Positions 12,027 to 23,134 of a stretch of 64,000 bases of DNA are shown here, piece by piece. How positions within the stretch are numbered: the first letter of the stretch is position 1; each line of letters opens with the position of its first letter. Under the pieces are notes generated by a model, which ran no database searches, was not told where the DNA came from, and saw only the letters and a list, made by a program, of their open reading frames with translations. The position numbers and the translations under genes are program-made. Source of the DNA: Lama guanicoe (taxonomy: Eukaryota). Location of the stretch: NCBI GenBank assembly GCA_013239625.1, contig MU054466.1, positions 62,001 through 126,000 on the forward strand, written 5' to 3'.

Positions 12027-12578
12027 GTGAGTGGTCTTGGGGCCGCCAGATGTGCCGCAGCCTCCTGCTCTGAGGCAACAACTGCTGTTCTGTGTGTTGG
12101 TTGCTCTGGCCCCTCCAGTGTGACCTTGCGGGGAGCCGGCTCTGGGAGTGGGGACTGGGGACCGGGCGGGCCTCGTGGGCCAAGCTGTGTGCGTTCCTGT
12201 TCTGGCTGATAGTTGTTCCTGAGGTTAGAGGGGCCCGGGAACAGCCTGGGACGGCGCCTTGGGGAGCATCTGTTTCCTTGTTGGTCTCCTGAAGGGCTGA
12301 GTTCCTTACAAGCCCTGTCGCTGTTCACATTCTCCTGGTGACGAAAGGAGAGCCCCCGACGAACCCCTCCAGCCTCACGGGCCTGTCGTGACCCTCCTCG
12401 GGCCCGAGGCTGGCGTCGCTCGTCCCCACCCAGTACTGGGCTGCAGCAGCCTGTCCTGTGCCCTGTGCCGAGGCTGCAGGTGTCCTTGCTAGACCACGGT
12501 TCCCAGTGGAAAGCCCATGTTGGAGTGTGGAGGGGCCTTCCAAGGCCTCACTTCTGCCTCTGTCTCCCTCTCCGCCAG

Positions 12579-12718
12579 CAAACACCTCTCCTCGGCCCGT
12601 GTCCGGCATGGAAAGAGAGCGGAAAGTGAGTATGCGGCTGCACCGCGGCGCCCCGGTCAACATCTCCTCGTCCGACCTCACAGGCCGGCAAGATACCTCC
12701 CGCATGTCCACCTCACAG
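12579..12718 (+). CDS. CSNK1D: CK1 delta exon 8 (last common coding exon)
   Basis: cgccag|CAAAC...TCACAG|gtgcgc; 140 nt; [47 protein letters not shown]. Confidence 0.97.
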
Positions 12719-12824
12719 GTGCGCGCCCCGCAGGCCCCGTGCCGCGGGCCTCTGACTTCTCCGCGTTGTCTGGTCTCCTGGCCCCAGGCCGGGGGGTGAG
12801 GGATTCAGAGGCTTTCCTGCTTGC

Positions 12825-12869
12825 CTTCCTCCCCTTCCTCCCCTTCCTCCCCTTCCTCCCCTTCCTCCC
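12825..12869 (+). repeat. (CTTCCTCCC)5 polypyrimidine minisatellite
   Basis: Five perfect 9-bp units. Confidence 0.95.
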
Positions 12870-13819
12870 CATCTCTGAGCATTTGAACCGACGGGGGGCG
12901 AGGGGCCCCTCCGTGCTGTTCGGCCCTATTTGAGTATCTCAGTGACTGGCTCTGCGGGGTCAGGGCTCACCCCCCAGCTGTGCTGGGACATGTAATGGGG
13001 ACTTCTCTCTTCTGCTGCCCTCCGTGGGGCGCTGGCCGCAGGCCGGTCTGGGAGGCTTGGCCGTCTTCCCTGCTGGCTGGGGAGCGCCCACCTGCTCGTG
13101 CCGTCAGTCACCGGCACACCCGCCTGGAGACTCTGTCCTGGTCCTTGCCAGCCGGGCCCGCCCCCAGCACAGCGCCCATCGGGGGTGAGGGCGGCGTGCT
13201 GCTGGCAGTCACTGCGTGCTGTGGTTGGCAGGGGCCTTTTAGAGCCTGGCACCTGGCTGCGTGTCGCGGGGCAGGGGCTCCCGTCTCCTCTGACGGCGAG
13301 CGCGCTCCGAGGCCCGCGAGGTGCATGCAGCCCGGGCCTCAGAACCACCTCCGCTCGCCACGTCTTCTCTCTGCCGCTGTTACTGGGCTGCACTCGCCAC
13401 ACACCTTTCTCGACAGAGCAGTTCTTTCTCTCTGTACTGATAATTCTCCTCCAGCAGCTTTTGGGGTCCCTCCCTGTGGGCGGTGGGGGCGGCTGACCCT
13501 GTGGTATCTGCTGGGCAGGGCAGGGTCTCAGGAAGGCCCTGGGCTGTGTGCTGGGCGAGCCCTCCTCGGCTTCACTGTGACACTCGGGTTCATGTGGTAC
13601 CCGGCCCTCCAGCGCTTGTGGGGCACTGGGCGTAGCTTGTGGATGAATTTGGTGGGTTGAGCGTGCAGGTTAGGAGGGCAGGGGCTGCGAGCACTACCAG
13701 GACCGTGGTCCTTTGGCGTCCAGTCTAGCTGGGCTTCAGGCAGAGGAACAAGACGTGCCCGCGCAGGGGGGTGCTCCCAGCCACTTTCCCTTGATCAGGA
13801 GCAGTAAGAGTTTTACCAC

Positions 13820-13970
13820 TTTTTTTTTTAATGTGTTTTTTATTTAGGGGGGTGGTAACTGGGTTTTTATTTTTTTATCTGTAATGGAGGTACTGAGGAT
13901 TGAACCCAGGACCTTGTGCATGCTGGGTACCACTGAGCTACGTACTCTACCACTGAGCTACACCTTCCCC
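13820..13970 (-). mobile_element. tRNA-derived SINE (camelid Vic-type)
   Basis: On minus: ggggaaggtgtagctcagtggtagag (A box), cctgggttcaatcc (B box), cagtacctccatt, A-rich tail; internal duplication taccactgagctac. Confidence 0.85.
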
Positions 13971-15639
13971 TCTTGGACACTTCTGATTTCCTGGTAATTC
14001 TGCTGGAAATGGGTGATTTTTACAGGGTAGCTGTCTCTCGCAGAGACTGAAGATACAGGTAGTCTGATCACCTGCGATCTGGCCAGGCAATGCGGTTAGG
14101 CCTCTCGTGGCCCCTGGCCCCACCCTCCCTCCCTCACCACGGGGCACAGAGAAGGCTGCACATTTCTTCTCACGAGCCCTGGGTCCCCGAGCCCTGTGTG
14201 CTGCTGGCTCTGTGGCCCCAGAATGCCTGGGCCAGCAGAGACTGAGGAAGGTGCAGGCCCTTTTTTAAACACGGGAGAATGTCTTTTGCTTTGAGGACCG
14301 TTGAGGGAAAGGAAAGAGTCAGAGGGTGCCGAGGGTGCTGGGTTGTCGAGGCTCTGGGTGCAGCCTCAGCCCCCGCCCCAGGCGTCGACCAAACTCAGCC
14401 CCGAGGTCCCACCTCACAGGCACGTCTGCTCGCTCGTGTGCGCGCTCCCTCCTTCTCCCCTTTCACGCGGGCCTGAGTGGTAGGGATGGGTCTCCGAAGA
14501 GATTTGAGTTGGTGGTGTGGCCCTGCAGAAGCACCTTTGCTTTTTCCCCTGGTCACCCCCAGCGGTTTCTCAGGGTCTTCATGCTGAGGACACAGCCCCT
14601 GAGGGTGTGTCCCCGGTGCCTTCCTGATTCTCTGCTTTGGATTCTTCTGGTCACCCTCGAGTGCTCTCCTGAAAGATTGTGAAAGGCTCCCCGTCCACCA
14701 AGGCTCCAGCTTTTACGATTCTCTGGCCTCTCACCACCGCCCCCTAAGAAAGTAGGGGGACAGGGGGAGCACGGACGCACCGGTCGAGCCGCAGCCGTGC
14801 GCGTGCACATCCCGTCACACGGCCGCCCGGTGGGGGCGCTTCCCACCCACTTTCTGTGCGGCCCCTGCGCCCCGAGGAGGAGGTGGTGTGTCCTGTGCGG
14901 GGCTCCCAGTCCGAGGCCACAGCTCACCCTCAGGAGGACTGTGCATAGCCTCTTGCCAACCCCCAACCCGTGCCCTGTCTCCTGGCTGCTCCTCCTCGCC
15001 TCCGCGTGCTTCTCACGGGACCACAGTCCATGTTCCCAGCTCCTGGCTGGGAGTCTGACCTCTCCAGCCAGAAAACCGGGGAGACTAAAGGGCTTCTGGT
15101 GGGTGAGCCTGTTCGTGACGTTTTTCTCTGTGAGAAAGTGCTCGTTGGCCCAGCACTGTCGGGGGACGTAGTGCTGGTCCCTGGCGTTCCTTCAGACTGA
15201 CTGACTCTAACTCGTGACCCCCAGTGCAGTCTGTGCCCCGTCCTCTCCTTGCGTCTGTGAGGAACTGTGTCCAGTCTGTGTGTCGTGGGAGGTGCCGTCC
15301 TATTCACCTGCCCAGCACAGGCTTCTGGGAGCTGCCGCTGGAGGGGCTGCCGTGGGGCATCTGGTTCTCTTGCTGCCCAAGGGGTCGGCGGGGTCTGTCC
15401 TGGCCCCTCGTCGCGTCACTGACAGACCCACCCTCGAGGAGTGGCCATGTGTCCGGGGGCCGTTCTCGAGGGGCGAGCCTGAGCTCCTGCGTGGTCCTGG
15501 GGTCCCCCTAGCAGCCCGGCCTGTGTTTGCAGACTTGGTTGAGGTGAGGCAAGGAAGCACCTTCAGAAGCAGGAGGGTCTCACGTTCTGGTCCAGCCTGG
15601 GGAACCCTTACCAACAGCTGTCTTTTCCCCCCACCTCAG

Positions 15640-15672
15640 AATAGCATTCCTTTCGAGCACCACGGCAAGTAG
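15640..15672 (+). CDS. CSNK1D: CK1 delta2 cassette exon 9, coding part (exon spans 15640-15703)
   Basis: cctcag|AATAGC...AAG TAG = NSIPFEHHGK*; donor tgg|gtgagt after 15703 gives a 64-nt cassette. Confidence 0.95.
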   Translation, partial: NSIPFEHHGK

Positions 15673-16729
15673 CTGCACGTCTCCCGTCGGAAGGCAGCGC
15701 TGGGTGAGTGTGCGCCTGGCGGGGCTCAGTAGGTGGCAGGCACCGGGCGGGGTGGGAGCCGACGGCCCCTCGCCCTCCGGGGGCTTGTGGGGTTGGGCTT
15801 GCATGCCAGGCGCTGTAGGTCGAGCAAGGGCCTCTGCCCAGGTCTTCTCACGCGGATTCTAGTCTGGGGTGACCCCGGAATCCTGCTCGCTGTCCGCTGG
15901 TCTTTGCGCCCCACAGTGGTCTGGAGTTGGGAGCCCAGGCTCGGCCCAGTGGCCCCAGAACGCTCGTGGCTATGCGGGCGTGTCGTGCCGGGCTCCACCA
16001 TGTGGGCCGCGCTCAGTGGGGCTCCGCTGCGTGGGGCCCTCTGGGTGGTCTCTGCTGTCCTGGCTATGTCATCTCTCTTCCTTCAGCATTGATCTCTGTC
16101 TTCCTTGTTTGCTTTTCTTATTGAACTCGGTCTCTGCCCAGCATCTCGTCCACGTTCTCTTCTGTATTAACCCATCAGCCACAGCCGCCTGCTCCCTGCC
16201 GTCGCTGCGTGGCTGGCTGTCCGAGCTGGGCCCCCCACCTGGCGGCTCCTCCCAGCCGGGGGCTTGCAGCTTCTGTCGGTCGTGACGTGACTGCGCTCTT
16301 GCAGCTTCTTGATGGGAGCTCGTGTTCACGTCTTGTCCCAGGCGGAGTACCAGTGCCCACCACGTGAGGCCCGGTCTCTGATATCAGAACACCAGGTTAC
16401 TTGGCAGGAAGGGGGCTGGGAGCAAGCATCTCTTCCCCGCTTGGACTCTGGTCTGACCGATCGTGAACTGGCGGCCCCGTGGCCTCCAGCCTCCTTGCCT
16501 GCATGGCTCTTCTTCCTTCCCTGTCTTCTCTTGCCTTTCCTGCTGCACGTGTCCTGGCCTCAGAGGGACCTTCCGGAGTGGCTAGGGGCGCGCGTGTAGT
16601 GAGTGGGGCTAGGTGACATCTGTGTCCCCTCCCTCCCAGGGCGCTGTCCTTGGTGTTTTGTGTCCAAGCCTGCCTGGCTCCGTTCCCCTGGCCTCACGCT
16701 GACCTTCTTCTGTGCTTTGGCTCCGACAG

Positions 16730-16780
16730 ATTCCCGGTCGGGTGGCTTCCAGTGGTCTTCAGTCTGTCGTGCACCGATGA
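16730..16780 (+). CDS. CSNK1D: CK1 delta1 terminal exon 10, coding part
   Basis: cgacag|ATTCCC...CGA TGA = IPGRVASSGLQSVVHR*. Confidence 0.97.
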   Translation: MPGRVASSGLQSVVHR

Positions 16781-18755
16781 GAACTCTCCTTTTGCGGTGA
16801 GGGCAGACGATGCATGGCTGATCTCCTCTGTTACTAGTGACACGCCCCCCCGGTCTAGAACCGGAACGTTACCACCAGGAGCTCCAGGCCACCCACCCGG
16901 CAACTCCCATGGGGAACCAAACACACACCCAACCGGACAGAATCCAAGCGCTGCCATCGCCGGGGGCTGTACCAGGCCCCCGGGAACACGGTGATAGCGG
17001 GGCTGGGACGAGAAGCCGAGTGAGGCGGCTGCGGAGAGTCAGACTCCCGCCCAGGAGTCTTTCAGTCCCTCCGGTGCAGCCGGGCCCTGCCGAGTCTACT
17101 GTACCCACCGACCTTCTACTTGGTTAAGACAGTTTTGTATCATTTTGCTAAAAATTATTGGCTTAAATCTGTGTAAAGAAATCTGTCTTTTTATTGTTTC
17201 TTTCATGTCTGTTTTTGCGGTCTTAAAAAAGATGCTGACTTTAAAGAATTGTGAAGCCGACGCTGGCGTGGAGTTCGCGTAGAGAGTGAGGCAGGGAGCA
17301 GAGCACGTGGGCTCCGGGGTCCGCGTCTCGTGGTGTTGTGTTGTGTGGTCCGCCGCGGAGAGGGGTTTTCTCGTCAGAAACTGTCACGTGTGCACACGTG
17401 TGTAAGTGACGTGTATGTCTGTGCGTGTCGTGTGCTGTTTCGTGACCTCACTCACTTGGTCTTGGCCATCACTCCCCCTTCCCCACCGGGAACTGAGACG
17501 CCTGCTCGCCGCGGAAGCGCCGAGATCCTCGTGGTCGGTCATGAGAGCGGCCAGACAGCGCGGCTGCCCCGAGTGCAGCGGGTGCTTCCAGACAGCGCTG
17601 CCCGCGGGCTGATCTTCCCGGACGCAGCTAGGAGCCCTGAAGACTGCGCTGTGTCGCCAACCCTCGGGAGCGGATGCGGACTGAGAGACGCTGGCCCCTC
17701 CTCGGGCTGTGTGTGGTGGTTTTGGCCACGGCTGCCTCAATGCCTTTGAACCTGGAAAGTCTTCTGAACAGACAGTGTTGCCGGTGCAGGCTGGCCCTTC
17801 ATCTGTGCTAACATCTGTGTGCTCAAAACCAGGGGCCGGGGCGTCTGCTGGATGCTGGCGTTGCCCAGAGTGGCTGGCTGGCCCAAGGGAATCCTCTCTG
17901 AAGTGCCAAGAAGCAGGTGACCCTGACGACCTGATTGTCCGGGAGGGTGAGGGGGTCACACACTTCTGTGACCTGCGCTGGGACGAGGTGAACCCCATGG
18001 AGGTCAAGAAGGGGGCAGGGCTGAGTCTTCCCAGAGGGACCCTCTGAGCAGCTCTCCTGAGGCGCCCCTGGTCTTGCAGAGGTGGTGGCAGCCGGTAGCC
18101 AGGAGATGAGGTGCAGCCTGTGTGTCCTGAGGCCCCTTCCTGCTGCTTCCTGTCACCCTGCTGCAGCGTGTGCTACTTGGCACCGGGGCACTCGTGGGAA
18201 GCTAGGGACCTGCAAGGTGCCCCGTCTGCGTTTTCCCTTCCTGCCCCCGAAGTCACAGCCCCGGGATGCTGGCGGGCCCTGACTGCTGTGTTGACATGTA
18301 GAATGCAGCTGTTTGCTTCTCTCCGAGTCCTGGGCTGGCTGTGCTGCAAGTGACCAGGCGTAGCGGTTGGCCAGGTGGGGCTGTGTTTCTGGGCATGTAG
18401 GCGGAACTTGGGTGAGTCAGAGCAAGCTGGGGGCTTTCACACTGCGGCCCAGTGCCTTCTGCAGAGGGGACCTTCCCTCCCGGGGAGGTGTTAGCATGCA
18501 GGTTGCTGCCTGAAAGTGCCAGGTGGCGTTTGAGATGTGGGCTCCGACCCTGAGCCCTCAGCAGTGCGGTTGTGGACAGCTGGTGCCCCCAAGCCCCATG
18601 TTTGACTCCCCACCTGACCTGCAGGAAGCAGAGTGAGAACGTCTGTGTCAGCCTGTGTGTCCGTGGCCAGTCTTGGGCCTGCGCGTTTGTGCGCCCACTG
18701 TACTTGTGTACCTAACCACCGTGTAAATAATAAATTCATGACGGTTTCTGCCTTT
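16781..18755 (+). other. CSNK1D: CSNK1D exon 10 3'UTR (end approximate)
   Basis: Follows the delta1 stop; AU-rich block at 17125-17250; runs to AATAAA at 18729-18734. Confidence 0.75.
18729..18734 (+). terminator. CSNK1D polyadenylation signal
   Basis: AATAAA preceded by TGTA elements (18699-18725) and followed by T/GT-rich sequence. Confidence 0.8.
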
Positions 18756-18779
18756 CTTCTCCGCCCCTGCCACGTGGTC

Positions 18780-18785
18780 TTTATT
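18780..18785 (-). terminator. Candidate distal polyadenylation signal for SLC16A3
   Basis: TTTATT on + = AATAAA on -; the first canonical minus-strand hexamer I could find downstream of the SLC16A3 stop. Confidence 0.4.
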
Positions 18786-20954
18786 TCGTCAGCTTGAGTT
18801 TTGATGGGTGTAGATTAACTGTGAAAACTAATTTTCTGAGTTGGCGTTCGTGTCTGCCCTCTTGAAGCCCCTTGGTGAGGTTGGTCAGCTGTTTGGGAGC
18901 AGGTGGGTGAGACGGGGACGCGGCAGAGCTGATGCCACGCAGCCCGTGCACAGTCCCCACCTTCACAAAGGGCCGGCCCCAGGTCCCCAAGGTTTTCCAG
19001 GGAGTGAACAGCGCAGCGGCCGGCACATGGTTCCCATGGGGTGGCTCCCGAGTGAGCCCCTGCTGGGACCCAGGGACTCGGGCCTGGCAGGCACCGTCCC
19101 TTCCCCACAGGCAGCGTCCGTCCACCTGTTGAGCTCATGGCCTCTGCTTGCCTCTCCCCCTGCAGTTGTTGAAGCCCGAGACGCCCCCTCCCTGAGAGCC
19201 CCAGACGCCCCGAAGGCGGTGTGGGCCCACGTACTCCTGAGGCGTGGCCCTGGGCTGTGGGTGTGTCCTTCCCTCTTGCCCGGGGACCTCAGTCACAGAT
19301 GTGCTTCTGTGTGCTGACCAAGCACTTTCTGCTCCACACCCACTCATCCCTGGAGCTGAACACACTGGCCTTGCATGTGCCAGTGGGTGTGCTCTGCCCT
19401 GGAGACCAGGGGGCAGGCGTACCCCCACCCCCGTGCCGACTTGCTCTTGGTCCCTCCCAGGCCAGTGTAGCCATGCCAGGTGGTCCCTGAGGTTTGGCCT
19501 CATCACCCCAGCCTGCTGACACCTGGACCCAGCTGAAACAACCTGTCCTGCTCCCTGGCCCCCTCGTCGCCTCAGTCTCTTGACACGGAGAGTCCAGCCC
19601 TGTGACCCACATTGCGGGCTCTGGGTCCCGGCCTCCCACCCTCCCCCAGGCCCTGTCCCACTGAGAGGGGTGCCTGGAGCCCCTCCTGCAAAACCCTGCA
19701 TTGGAGGACTGGCCCCAACCTGTCCTGCCCGCCTCCCTCTGCTGGGAGCTCTGGAAGCAGCCCCCTCTTGGCACCACTGCCTGTCAGGGTGTTCAGGGTC
19801 ACGGGGGCACGTCACCTGGGAACCTCAAGGTTCTGGATGCTGTCTCCCAGACCGTTGTTGGCAGAGCCCTTGGGCAGCCACGGAGGGCAGGGTCAGCTCT
19901 CCTGCCAGGCTCTCCCAGTGCAGGGCCCTTCCATGTGTGTGTGGCAAGTGCCCCAGGCCTGGCCAGGGTGGCGGCAGCAGCCCGGGGTGCCTGGCTCATA
20001 TATACCCCCCGCCTCTGATTTAAGGTGGTATGTGTGTGCCGTCCAGGGAGGGGCAGGGGCCTAGGGCCCGTGGGAGTGGGCTCGACCTGGGCATCTGCAT
20101 CACTGGGGGGAGGGGTCTTCTTTGGCAGAACGTCTAAGGGCAGGGGCGGCCCCGTCCATGCCCCCCGGCCCCCCTTCCCCAGAGCACTGACCACTCTTCC
20201 ACCCCTCTTGGGGCCCAGGGCCCGCGGCTGCCCATTTCCTCAGGACAAGGAGTTTTCTTTCTCTGTCTTGGGTGCAGCTGGAAACACCCAGAATCAGGAA
20301 ACTAGGCAGATAAGACTGTCTGGTCGCCTTCCCAGGCCCCACAGATCAGCTTGCAGCCTGGGGGGGCCCTGGACACTTTAACCGGGGGGACGCATGGGGC
20401 AGCTTGGGGTGAGAATGAGGGGCGCCCAGTGTGGGCTCCTCGGGCTCAGTCACCACTACAGCTGGGGCCAGGGTACCCAGGGAAACCAAATGGCCAGCGG
20501 CAGCCAGGCCAAGCTCGTCACCCCGAGAGAAGGGGGCGGGGTGATGAGTGGAGGGCGGCTGGGGAGGTGGCACAGGCAGGCCGTCCACTTGCCTTCTCCC
20601 TGCTCCCCCCAGTTCAGGTAGGTAGGGGTCACAGAGACCATAGGTGGGGTTGTCCCTTTGAGACCTGACAAGCGGGGGTGCTCACGGCTCGGCTGTGCTT
20701 CGGCTGCCGGGGGCCCAGCCTGGCCCACCTTACACGGGGCGAGGTCAGCAGGTGTGGGGCTGCCACTCAACCCCTGTGACTTCCAGCACCACCCACAGCC
20801 CAAGCCCTGGCCTTGGAGACAGAGGGACGGAAAGGGTGTGAAGGGGGCAGTGGGCAGGTGCCTGGTACCCAAGAGCTCACAAGGCAGCAGCCCTGCAGGG
20901 CAACCTCTCCGTGGCGGGCTCGAGACGTGAGCTCTTGCTTGCTTTTCGTTGCAG

Positions 20955-21044
20955 AGGAGCAGGGACGTGGCGTCTCTCCGGCTGCACGCGGCCCGCCAGG
21001 GCGCCCGCTGCCGTCCCCAGCGCCCTCGACGCACCACCTACTGA
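20955..21044 (+). CDS. CSNK1D: CK1 delta3 alternative terminal exon, coding part
   Basis: Acceptor gcttttcgttgcag|AGG in phase 0, matching the exon 8 donor; RSRDVASLRLHAARQGARCRPQRPRRTTY*, matching the recalled CK1delta transcript-variant-3 C-terminus. Not separately called in the ORF track. Confidence 0.9.
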   Translation, partial: RSRDVASLRLHAARQGARCRPQRPRRTTY

Positions 21045-22030
21045 GGCCGCTCCAGCGGCCCCGACCGGGCCCCCAGCCACGCAGGCCGCCACTGGCCAGA
21101 GGGCAGGTGGGTGTGGGTACCCTGGGCGGGGAGGATGGGGCAGACGGCGGCCCCGGGCACTGACCGCGTGGGCGACCGTCAGCTAACTGAGGGACAGATA
21201 CGTGGAAGGCAGGAAGATGTTTTCTTCAGACACACGCCAGGGAGCAGAAATCACACCTACGTCCCAGCTGAAGTGCACACACCCCTGCAGTGTGGCCTCC
21301 CTGCCAGCCGCCAGGGCCCCATGTGACCACTCTGAGCTGACCGGGCACCGCAGGGCCGGGGCCGGGGCCAGGACCAGTCGGGCTTACAAAGCTGCACGGT
21401 TGACAAGGACCAGAACCACTCTGTGAAAATAGCCAGGCTTGTTTGCTGAGAAAGTGGGACTTGGGGTGGGTGGCCAGACCGCTCGCTGCCCCTCCAGAAC
21501 TGCAGCTCCTGGAAGACATTCCTCTCGGGGCAGCTCCTCCCACACGCAGGCTTTTCTGGCTTCCAGGCGTGAAGGAGGGAGCTTTGTCCTCTAGGCACTC
21601 GGAGAGGGCTGGGCTGGGGCACACAGTGGAGGCCCGGGCAGGAAGGGGCCACAGGAACACAGGCAGGGCCCGTCAGGGGAGCACCCACTCTGCAGCGGCC
21701 CTGCCCTCTGATTAAAGCCGTGTTGTCTCTGAAGCGCGGGTTTCTAGGTCCTTGAGCCCAGTGGTGGGCATCGGGCGCCTCTGGGGTCAGCAGGCGGGGC
21801 CCCGGGGCAGATGGCTTGTAACCTCGCCGCTTGGCTTCACCACAGATCCACCTCGGAATGACACGTTCCCACCCCACCACCTCCCCCGAAAAACACTGAT
21901 CCGGCGATGATCCGCTGCCCGGGCAGCCGGCGCCGAGCCGACGGCCCCACCCCAGCTAGTCCTGTTTGTGAAATAAATACGAGCGTTGACGGTCTCTGTC
22001 CGATTCCCTGAACCCCTGCCGGCCTCCGGC

Positions 22031-22284
22031 TCAGACGCTCGTCTCCGGGGTGTGAACCACCTCCCCGTTCTTCTCAGGCTCCGTCTTCAGGAAGTGCTCC
22101 ACCTCCCGAGAGTCCACCCTCACGTCCTCGGGGGGCTTGTGGCGCTCCTCCTCCGCGGCCACCTCGGGCCTCTTCCCAATGCAGAAGAAGTTGCCCAGCA
22201 CCAGCACGAGGGAGGAGGTCAGCACCTCGGCCCCCGCCAGCACAAACACGTACTGGTAGACGTGCGTCGCGTCCAGGAGCTTGC
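22031..22284 (-). CDS. SLC16A3: Monocarboxylate transporter 4, last coding exon
   Basis: ttgcag|GCAAG; GKLLDATHVYQYVFVLAGAEVLTSSLVLVLGNFFCIG...EVEHFLKTEPEKNGEVVHTPETSV*; 254 nt. Confidence 0.97.
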
Positions 22285-23134
22285 CTGCAAAGGGGGCGGG
22301 GTCAGCCCGGGCTGCAGCCTCCCACCAACCCCCCACCCACAGTGCGCCACCAGAGCAGGCTGGGCCCTCAGGCGGCTGCCCCCACCGCCAACCCCGTTCC
22401 CCAGGCAGCACATACCCAGAGGCTGAACCAGAGTGGCTCTGACCAGGGTTTGGGTGGAGCTTCATGCGAGGCCCTGCTGCCCATCACCATGGCAGCCTCC
22501 CCACCAGTGGCCCCCACAGGAGGACCCCAGGACAGTGACGATTCAGGTGTCTCCCCACCCTTGCCCCAGACCCCTCCAGGAGAGAGGAGCCAGAGGTCCA
22601 GGGTTAGGTAGAAGGTAGGGGTCTGACAGGGCTGGCTAGAGAGACCCAAACCCAGTGACCAAGCCTGATGGGGCTGTGGCCATGCTGCTCCCACAGTCCA
22701 TGCCATTTTAATCCCACAACAGTATTTAATCAGCCATCAAAAAAATAAAAGCCCACCGTAGCAAAAACTGGCCCAGGCCTCGGCTCTGAACATCCCCGGT
22801 GTGTGGGGACAGCCAGAACAGAGGGCCAGGACTCCACCCTGGAGCCATTACCTGTCCCCACGACTCAGGCCTGCACCTGCCTTGGGCCCAGGCACCCCCT
22901 CCCACGGTGGACCAAGCAGGTCCTGGGATGTAGGCGAGGCCGTGTTCCCTCCTGACCCCTGCTGGCGGTGTGCAGAGCTACGAGGTGGCCAGACCAGGCA
23001 GGAGTCCGGGGGTCCCTCCAGCTAAGGGCCCTCCCATGGCACCTCCCCTCCCCAGGAAGAGAACTGCCCCAAGGGCCCAGCCTAGCCCTGGGAAGGGGAG
23101 GCAGCTGGCTCCCCACCCTGCCGCCAGCACTTAC

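Noticed and set aside
13890-13970. tRNA-like A and B boxes (also 39495-39563 and 3741-3778)
   Set aside because: SINE heads with SINE body and tail; no complete cloverleaf, so not tRNA genes
17190-17195. Minus-strand AATAAA inside the CSNK1D 3'UTR
   Set aside because: More simply a U-rich element of the CSNK1D UTR, and it lies beyond the 18780 signal for any MCT4 read-through
22744-22749. AATAAA on + inside the last SLC16A3 intron (also near 36107)
   Set aside because: Within an A-rich patch, with no associated terminal exon evident
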